IMG/VR virus record: IMGVR_UViG_3300045825_000261 | Location: 1-64,000 of that record | Origin: a virus | Reading direction: 5' to 3' (one strand) | DNA: 64,000 nucleotides | Shown here: positions 58,001-64,000 of the stretch, in pieces | Position numbering within the stretch: position 1 is the stretch's first letter | Layout of the letters: each line of letters begins with the position of its first letter | Notes under the pieces: model-generated | Seen by the model: the letters and a program-made list of their open reading frames with translations, nothing else | Database searches by the model: none | Told to the model about the DNA's origin: nothing | Position numbers and translations under genes: made by a program

Positions 58001-59098
58001 CACGTCCCAAAACAAGGATGGTGGATACACTCTGGTAACGAACGCGATTCTTGCAGATGGAAGCAGCGGCACTAAGACTTGAACGTTGCCGGATGGGTCA
58101 TTTACGGGACTAACATTTGTCTTAAGAACCATTTTTCTACCACTACCGTCGCCATAAAACGATGTTGAGAAAAAGTTAAATGGCGTTGTCGGAGTAACAT
58201 CTACTCTTGCCCAAAGCCCCCATCCCGCGTACTTGTAAGGTGGGCCACCCGCGCTCACGGTAGCGGTTACTCTTAAAGCGTTTCCGTAAGAGCCGTCTGG
58301 TCTAGGTAAAATATCAAAGCCCATGAGCGTACTTGCGTCGCTAAAGTTAAATAGGCCAAGCGGCCCCTTTTCAGCGTTAGGGGGAACGCTGAATGTCAAT
58401 TCCATCGCGGATGACGCTTCTGCGGCGAGCATTGCGTTTCCAATTCTATTCGCAAGCGAACTGTATTTTGCGTCAGAGGTTGTTCTCCAAGCGTGGTACA
58501 GAGCAAGCATCAGATAATTGTCACCGTCATTCGCTGTTGATTGTGTCGTGGGTTGGTGAACCATCGGCCACCCATCCACAGCGCCCCACCGCTTTGATAG
58601 CGTTCCGTTTCTGTATGAGTAAAATAACTGCAACACCGTGCCTATCGCTACTGTCGAAAGTATAGGAACAAGCGTTGACATTGCGCCTGCTGAAAAGCTA
58701 TTCTCAATCGGTTTTGTTGTATCGACATAATTTGTGCTATCGCCTGACGATATTACTGCCATAAAATCTGGGCTTTTCATAACAGCGGCATTTACGCCGG
58801 TTGCAAAAGCCCCACGCACCCATGTCACATCACCACCAAACCAGCTTTGTGGAATAATTACTCGCTTACCTGTAGCGCCACCTGAAACAACAACAAACTC
58901 GGCGGGTAGGGAATTGAAGTTTAGAGCAGAAATTGACCCGCTCATGTTTGACTGCATCGGCTCACCGCCAACAAAGTCAGACTGCGCGTGAGACAACCCG
59001 TTTGACATTCGCGGATATGGCGCAACGTAGTGAGTGTGCAGGTCAGAGTTGAAACCTCTTGCGATTGCTGCTCCAGACAATGTGCTTAATGATGGCAT
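55007..59098 (-). CDS. large tail/receptor-binding protein: GH8-like N-half, CBM-like domains, SGNH esterase, ConA-like end
   Basis: ANDGDNYLMLALYHAW; GDSLT..G.DG..GRNN..DWLH SGNH blocks. Confidence 0.75.
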   Translation of the reverse strand: MPSLSTLSGAAIARGFNSDLHTHYVAPYPRMSNGLSHAQSDFVGGEPMQSNMSGSISALNFNSLPAEFVVVSGGATGKRVIIPQSWFGGDVTWVRGAFATGVNAAVMKSPDFMAVISSGDSTNYVDTTKPIENSFSAGAMSTLVPILSTVAIGTVLQLFYSYRNGTLSKRWGAVDGWPMVHQPTTQSTANDGDNYLMLALYHAWRTTSDAKYSSLANRIGNAMLAAEASSAMELTFSVPPNAEKGPLGLFNFSDASTLMGFDILPRPDGSYGNALRVTATVSAGGPPYKYAGWGLWARVDVTPTTPFNFFSTSFYGDGSGRKMVLKTNVSPVNDPSGNVQVLVPLLPSARIAFVTRVYPPSLFWDVSNVVYDADHIDHRYVSSYVNPGGVVSFLEIEDVANSRMVNEFSFNFNGSGTGYAGFVFNAASGTSLGSTNYNFDFYSSVAGSVVFSAKDSAGTTFACTKSVVIGWQSLSIKWVGVAPSFSQTTFAHPAVEFKVEPSNTMTTGKFIINRVRYDSIKTMASNVLTTLNGFQFEFQTNALGTPYEVWFGSVRVDQTVNDGTIADPNRYLGIPRWTYQWTKTQAGASRQEINSMLVTPSVIGVGSASIVGASASSGLAVQYNTTTPSVCYISGNFVVGLSAGVCEIVASQPGNADYFPAPTISKLVTVSQGAAMTTLPLSSSLLPSAGNAPVSLIRASDATVVDYSGALKSVKQNWPRFEGGRLTENHISTQDMTLPAWQKWQSGTGTPPIVTQSGTMSNGRPAYRVQMNAGAGTLASDFCQVIYPTTFSFGSSGTISFLAKSNTGLPQSVMISCAPYLYGAEVVIGAVEKEYFVTQKYSSNLMNFEISISKNSYNRNSQAVDILISECMYEDVTNLADTNPSIFVGDYRWDVNHLSGTKLACYGDSLTHGNGVSPLIPYGEQIARAHNWPSPDIRGVDGETSTQILNRLISDITLFNKHVIIWAGRNNYYDQTTILADIAAMVAAVGHTNYLVLSIINGDTMLYITPSTSEYIGGVGYSQIQSTNLQLSATYGARFVDVTTPLINAYNSSVPQDVIDFANGVPPSSLRYDWLHLNSAGYEVVANTVFAAGAAVLGWTNGAYVPVQTLPELLVEPPRTNHFLYSSAPMTQESLTLAVGTYTVWLSGFGTVAVAAGTATLSATGAATYSSSFTFDVTSAGTVIYTVSGLVNFVQAEDGPNVTSYIATGAVPKFRDGDMVSVTSVGTIGTIACTISLEWTPKTTTGAIECLALSKVDTANWLGITRENNTINMHKSIAGVLFSATVAMQIATGTKYKVCGSCGAAGVEIVCNGSSGTSNPDTSFAAISQTVEFGHSSVDSKKISNINLQPTQASLAEMIARTL

Positions 59099-59100
59099 GG

Positions 59101-60396
59101 CTATGCGTAAATTGATTGGTTTGCGAAAAACTCGAACTGAGCGTTTCCGGTCTTTATTACGGTGTACGAATAAACATCTGTTGCGTTGGAGCTTCCGGAT
59201 ACGGGAGCGATTCCGCCTGACCATTTTGGAGTAACTACCACCCCATCAACTTTATAGATGGTCGGGTAGAATGTCCCAGTTGTGTTTTTCACAATAAGAG
59301 TCACGGTTACTGACTGCCCTACTGCTAATTCCGCATCCAGCGCCTTTGTAGCACTTGCTCTAATGTTTAAGATGCAGTTTGCGGTTGCGGCGGTTCCGTA
59401 AAACAATATTCCTTGAGTGTCTATATCAAAGTCTATTGTCGCCGGCACAACTGTCGCTATCGTTGCTGCCTCAACCATTGTGTGAATTGATGCCACGCCA
59501 GTAAATGACGGATTTGCAGACGAAGCTTTTTTTAACGCAAGGTCACTTAGGTGATCTTGAACTGTTGCACCCACGAGTCCAGTTATTGCTGCGCTTTGTA
59601 TCGTCGTCGCCGTTAGTGTTGCTGCCGCCGCTGCGCTTGCTGCTGCTGCATTTTTTGAAGCGAGTGCGGCTGCGGCTGATGAGGCGGCGTTTGTCTCGGA
59701 CGTCAATACGCTTGAGGCTGATGATGCTGCCGCCGCTGCGCTTGCTGCTGCTGCCGTGGCTGAGTTTGCGGATGTTGTGATCGCTACCGTCATCGCGGCA
59801 GATGTCGCGCTTGCTGCCGCTGCTGTGGCTGAGTTTGCGGCGCTTGTAGCGGAGCTTGCCGCATTTGCTACCGAAGTGGACATGGACGTTGCTGAGTTTG
59901 CCGCCGTGGTTGCTGAGTTTGCTGCTGCCGTGGCTGAGTTTGCCGCTTCTGTTGCTTTGGCTGTTGCGGAAGTGACTATTGCAGCCCCCGCTCTTTGTGT
60001 TCCAGCTATCGTACCTACGGTAAACTGATTCCCCATGTAGTCCGACAAAGTTGTCGTGTCTGCCGTGGACGACAGATACGATTGCAGTTCTGTCAGCGTT
60101 ATTCCGTATCTGTATATTAAGTTCGCAAGGCTCGCCGCAATATCGGCCTGTAGCGTGCCGGTGAAGTTTCTAACTATCGCATATGGAACGCCAGTCTCGG
60201 CCGATTCAAGATACGGAGTTCTCAGCGTGATGCTTAAATCATTAGTGACAGACAAAACTTCGTAAAACTTCGAGCCGTCACGAGTCAATAAATCACCCAT
60301 CAACACTTGTGTTGACCACAGCGTACCGACGCCAGTTACCGCCGTACTTCCTGTCGTAAGTGTTGCCGTACCAACTCTATACCATTGATTAGCCAT
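59101..60396 (-). CDS. tail fibre protein
   Basis: WYRVGT...VTGVGTLW N-terminal anchor; Ala-rich heptads. Confidence 0.85.
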   Translation of the reverse strand: MANQWYRVGTATLTTGSTAVTGVGTLWSTQVLMGDLLTRDGSKFYEVLSVTNDLSITLRTPYLESAETGVPYAIVRNFTGTLQADIAASLANLIYRYGITLTELQSYLSSTADTTTLSDYMGNQFTVGTIAGTQRAGAAIVTSATAKATEAANSATAAANSATTAANSATSMSTSVANAASSATSAANSATAAAASATSAAMTVAITTSANSATAAAASAAAAASSASSVLTSETNAASSAAAALASKNAAAASAAAAATLTATTIQSAAITGLVGATVQDHLSDLALKKASSANPSFTGVASIHTMVEAATIATVVPATIDFDIDTQGILFYGTAATANCILNIRASATKALDAELAVGQSVTVTLIVKNTTGTFYPTIYKVDGVVVTPKWSGGIAPVSGSSNATDVYSYTVIKTGNAQFEFFANQSIYA

Positions 60397-60461
60397 TGCT
60401 TGCCCTCATAATTCTTACATAGTAACACTCAGAGTTAAATATGTCATTTATGACTTATTTC

Positions 60462-60734
60462 TTACGCTAAAACATTCGCGCTCAACCACTCAGCTTCCGA
60501 ACAAACAAAATTAAGCAGGTTATCGGCATAAACGTATGACCAGTTCGGTAACGGAACATCGACCACCGATTTTGCTGAAGCCATGCTGCGACTGCGTGCC
60601 GCCGATTCAGTTTCATAGGATTCAACGATGATTTGCATGTGGCACGTCGCCATATCCAAATAAAACTCAGCCGGTACATGGAAGGCAACTGAACGACCGT
60701 CTGGCAATGTCTTTGCTAAGTGTAGGATACTCAT
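60462..60734 (-). CDS. small tail-associated protein
   Basis: ATGA-coupled to J. Confidence 0.6.
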   Translation of the reverse strand: MSILHLAKTLPDGRSVAFHVPAEFYLDMATCHMQIIVESYETESAARSRSMASAKSVVDVPLPNWSYVYADNLLNFVCSEAEWLSANVLA

Positions 60735-63700
60735 ATCTGGTTTCCCCCTATACCCGCTTGAGCTGTATTGAATGTCGTTATCTGTGCCAATAAAGCGTTC
60801 AACGAGGCAGTCGCGGTGGTTAGAGCTGGAATATTGATAGCTGGCGTTCCTGTGGTTGCAATGCCTTGAGAGGTTAGAGCCGCCAGCAATGCTGTGTATT
60901 CTGAGCGGATTACCACGCCATTCGGGTTAAAAAATTCAATCCCCGCCATACCCGGCGCACCTGCTCCACCGGGCAGTCCACCTGCAATGTTGTGATAGCC
61001 ACCGCCGCCTCCGCCGGAACCATACCCAATCCCGCCGACCCCGTAATACCCATAACCCACCCCGAAATTATCAGAGCCTATGCCTCCGCTCCCTGCGCTC
61101 GGCCCTCCAAAACTACCTGATGCGCCATTGCCTGCTAATTGATTACCGTTACTGGTTGTGCGTGCCACCCCACCAGTAACACCTGCCGCAGCAGAAACAA
61201 GTCCAGCCACTCCGGTAGCGACTGCGGATGCCCCGACCGTTAGTGTATAAGTAGCGCCGGGTGTCAAACCATTAAAAGTAGCTATAACAACCGCGCCTGC
61301 CGTTCCTCCGGCGCCATAGTAATATCCCGCCCCTATCGCCCATGATGGATTTGGATTGCCCGCCGTGCCATTTCCCCCGCCGCCAACTAGTGTCACTCGC
61401 ATCGAGGTTTTATCTGCTGGTACGGTAAGTGTGTACGTGCCAGGGGTCAGGTAATTTGTTGTTATTCCGACCAACTTAGTTATATCAACCGTACCAGCAG
61501 ATAACGATCCTCCGAAAGTGCCTGTCGCACCGGTAATGTCACCAGAAAATGTTCCCCTTGCTGCGTTTAAATTTCCCGAAAATGATCCGTTGCCTGTAAT
61601 TGCTAGACCGTTTCCATTTATCTGTGCAGCGGTGACGCTGCCATCAATGATCAGATTGCCGTTGATACCTACCGCACTGATGCCGCCAAGCGTACCCACC
61701 TGAAACGCTGGAATCGCACCTGTGCCGTTGGGCTGTGATATTGCAAACTTGTCACACGCAAAGATCACAGCAGAGCCCACGCCAGTTGAGCCCAGTTGCA
61801 TCGCTGCATATGTTCCATTCGCTTGAGCCTTGATCGTATATGTCGCACTCAAGCCTGTTAGCGCACTGGCGTTTGCGCTAGAGGTGGTCGCAACGCCAGA
61901 AATCTGACCGGCGAGATTTGCCTGAACTGTATTTATGCTCGTTACCGCCGAGCTAATCGCGTCCGTTCTCGCCGTTGCTTCGGCGGCTATTGCTGCTGCG
62001 TTGGCTCCAGTCGATGTCGTCAATGTGCTAACTTGTGTTGCTAGAGAGTTTGTTGTTGTGGTTAGCGCGTTTTGAGCTGCCACCACGCCAGCTATGTTCG
62101 CGTCAGTCTGTGTCGCCAGCGCTTGACGAGCAAGAGACTCCGCACCGAGAGCGGTTATTGTGTTTGTTACCGAGTTTTCTGTTGCTATAAGTCGATTAGT
62201 CAGCGTGCCATTTACAGTCTGCCTTAGCGCCTCAGCGCTCAACAGCCCCGTAATCACTGCGGTTGCGGAGCTTGCTTGACTCGCAATGTAGACCGGATCA
62301 GTAATCATTGCCAATGGCGTAGCTAGACTTGAAACCATCTGACCTAAGCCAATTGACGCATTTAGTTGAGTCAGTAGTGACGTAGAGTCTAAGGTGTAAA
62401 CAAGGCTCGTAGACAACCACCCAGAAAACAACCCAGATGCGTTTTTGGTGCGAATGTAGTAGTTAAATGTTCCGGCTGTCATTTGTCCAGTATGCACATA
62501 CGATGTCATTGGCCAGGGCAGTGTTGTGACAATCGTTGCATCAATCTGGTTTCCGGTTGCGCTTCTCCAGACCTCAACATTGTCAGAGCTTACAACGGCA
62601 GCGCCATACATCCACGACAAGTTGATCTGAAACGACCCCTGTGCCGCCGCAAACGTAGCTATAGCTGCCGGTGGGGGCAATTGCCCCGCAGACGAGAAAG
62701 TGGCGTAGGTTGGCTGCGATGCGATTCCAAACATGTTCACGGCAACTATCGTAAACGAGTACACGCCCGCCATAGAGTTTAGCAGGTCAAATGTCGGCGT
62801 GCTTACCGATGTCGTCACTGGGTTTGTTTGGTTTGCGCCAGTTCTGCTCCATGTGACGTTGTAGTAGCTTGCCTGCCCAGTCCATGAGACAAGCAACTGA
62901 AGACCAACTGTGCCTGGAGCAACCTGATATTGCGCCTCGGCTATTGTGACATTGGTGGGCGCAACAACAAGACTGGAGTTTATTGACGAGGTTAAGGGCG
63001 CTGTCAGTATTGTGCCGCCATCTATGCTCGCGTACTTTGCGGGATTGTGTTCAACTGCGGTAATCAAATACTCCGACGCAGACTCGCTCTGACTTACTCC
63101 AATCACTCTAGCGAGAAGCGGAACCAAGTTTGCTTCGGCTATAACCCACATTGCTCCCGGCAACGGGACCTGAGTAAGTGCGGCATTCCAAGTGATACTT
63201 GCGGTAGTTACACCCTGCTGATTTATAATAACGTCTGCAAATGTCCCGTCAGGTAGTCTTATCGACATCGTAGGCACTGGACCGGCAGTCAGAGTAACTG
63301 GTGCATCTAGCGTCGCCGTTGTTGCGGTACAGGCTATCAGGCGACCGCCTAGGCGCCTCCCCGCACGGCTGGGGTCTTGAATCTTCACAACGTCGCCAGG
63401 AATACACAGCGACGAGTCTATGCCGACTCTGAATGTGATAAATGATGACTCAAACTCCTCAGTGTGAAGAATCCACAAACCCGCTCTATGTGCCTGACCT
63501 CGTGATGTACATCCGAACGCCGTAACGTCTAACTTGCGAACACCAAGTTGCGCAATTAAGGCGGGGTTATCAACGTACTCAATTACCTGCTTGTAATACT
63601 GGGTTGGGTCATTCCACGTCACCTGAACAACACTATGACGATCTTTGCGAGATGCGCCGGAGTAATTGAATATCCCGTCAACCACGTTGGCCGGAGTAAA

Positions 63701-64000
63701 TATCATGCTTGGAGCGGTTGGCGCGTCTTGTGTAAAGTTCACCATTCCGCGCCAATACGCCATTCCTCTAAATGCTGACGAAATGTCGGAGATTATCTTG
63801 TACGCATCCGCCTGTGTTTGAATTGCAGTATTGATGGTGAAGCGCGGCTCAAGACTTCCAAATCCGTCACTTACCATCCCGTCGCAATACATTCCTATCT
63901 GATACAGTGCAGAAACATTCACGTTGGCTGGAGTAATGTACTGACCGAGACCGTATCTGGTCTCGGTCAGTAGGTCGTACATGATCCAAGCGGGGTTACT
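60731..64000 (-). CDS. tail tip/host-specificity protein J (5'-truncated by the window)
   Basis: SNPAWIMYDLL, GCTSRGQAHRAGLW, FN3-like domains, Gly-rich C-terminus. Confidence 0.93.
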   Translation of the reverse strand, partial: SNPAWIMYDLLTETRYGLGQYITPANVNVSALYQIGMYCDGMVSDGFGSLEPRFTINTAIQTQADAYKIISDISSAFRGMAYWRGMVNFTQDAPTAPSMIFTPANVVDGIFNYSGASRKDRHSVVQVTWNDPTQYYKQVIEYVDNPALIAQLGVRKLDVTAFGCTSRGQAHRAGLWILHTEEFESSFITFRVGIDSSLCIPGDVVKIQDPSRAGRRLGGRLIACTATTATLDAPVTLTAGPVPTMSIRLPDGTFADVIINQQGVTTASITWNAALTQVPLPGAMWVIAEANLVPLLARVIGVSQSESASEYLITAVEHNPAKYASIDGGTILTAPLTSSINSSLVVAPTNVTIAEAQYQVAPGTVGLQLLVSWTGQASYYNVTWSRTGANQTNPVTTSVSTPTFDLLNSMAGVYSFTIVAVNMFGIASQPTYATFSSAGQLPPPAAIATFAAAQGSFQINLSWMYGAAVVSSDNVEVWRSATGNQIDATIVTTLPWPMTSYVHTGQMTAGTFNYYIRTKNASGLFSGWLSTSLVYTLDSTSLLTQLNASIGLGQMVSSLATPLAMITDPVYIASQASSATAVITGLLSAEALRQTVNGTLTNRLIATENSVTNTITALGAESLARQALATQTDANIAGVVAAQNALTTTTNSLATQVSTLTTSTGANAAAIAAEATARTDAISSAVTSINTVQANLAGQISGVATTSSANASALTGLSATYTIKAQANGTYAAMQLGSTGVGSAVIFACDKFAISQPNGTGAIPAFQVGTLGGISAVGINGNLIIDGSVTAAQINGNGLAITGNGSFSGNLNAARGTFSGDITGATGTFGGSLSAGTVDITKLVGITTNYLTPGTYTLTVPADKTSMRVTLVGGGGNGTAGNPNPSWAIGAGYYYGAGGTAGAVVIATFNGLTPGATYTLTVGASAVATGVAGLVSAAAGVTGGVARTTSNGNQLAGNGASGSFGGPSAGSGGIGSDNFGVGYGYYGVGGIGYGSGGGGGGYHNIAGGLPGGAGAPGMAGIEFFNPNGVVIRSEYTALLAALTSQGIATTGTPAINIPALTTATASLNALLAQITTFNTAQAGIGGNQI

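Larger units (their letters stand above)
447..60457. repeat. dispersed palindrome TAAGTCA-N4-TGAC(T), about 29 intergenic copies
   Basis: core starts at 447, 1133, 5383, 7449, 8259, 8392, 10727, 13589, 13807, 16001, 17747, 21723, 21997, 26061, 26937, 33009, 35003, 35388, 36132, 39907, 43041, 44347, 44381, 46259, 47941, 48339, 50343, 53679, 60442. Confidence 0.9.

Noticed and set aside
59099-59224. Basic N-terminal extension of the 1405-aa ORF
   Set aside because: Overlaps the upstream fibre gene; the start at 59098 fits the operon packing.
223-63256. Numerous plus-strand ORFs (e.g. 11078, 18414, 25326, 31826, 45055)
   Set aside because: Antisense shadows of well-supported minus-strand genes, without recognisable motifs.
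1-64000. CRISPR array, retron/DGR reverse transcriptase, IS element
   Set aside because: No regularly spaced repeat-spacer units, RT motifs or transposase seen; the repeats are dispersed operators or coding repeats.

Overview
The window is about 64 kb of a large temperate tailed-phage genome. Almost all genes lie on the minus strand. Gene content and order resemble the ~100-110 kb SSU5/pHCM2-type siphophage/phage-plasmid group, and the host is probably proteobacterial (inference). From right to left it carries four blocks. (1) Tail tip J, tail fibres, a split carbohydrate-active tail protein and a lysis cassette. (2) PhoH, an Hfq-like protein, DnaB, primase, ligase and a nucleotide kinase. 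(3) A tRNA-Cys/attP/integrase/excisionase/repressor block, followed by CobT/CobS-like vWA-AAA+ proteins, a sigma factor, DnaE fused to a UDG-like domain, SSB, 5'-exonuclease, RecA, SbcCD, RuvC, class II RNR, ThyX, MazG and DnaQ. (4) Many small early genes. The most notable signals read directly from the sequence are: an attP whose core is only the tRNA-Cys anticodon arm, sitting 60 bp from a complete replacement tRNA-Cys with a different anticodon stem; a two-element regulatory code of ~29 TAAGTCA-N4-TGAC palindromes plus 17 non-canonical (T/G)CC-N13-TANAAT promoters; a shared aromatic C-terminal tag (..G[SA][WF]/..AW) on unrelated small proteins; and a GH8-like tail protein apparently split by a 2.37 kb SGNH/lectin cassette. 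All calls come from motif recognition by eye; no searches were run.
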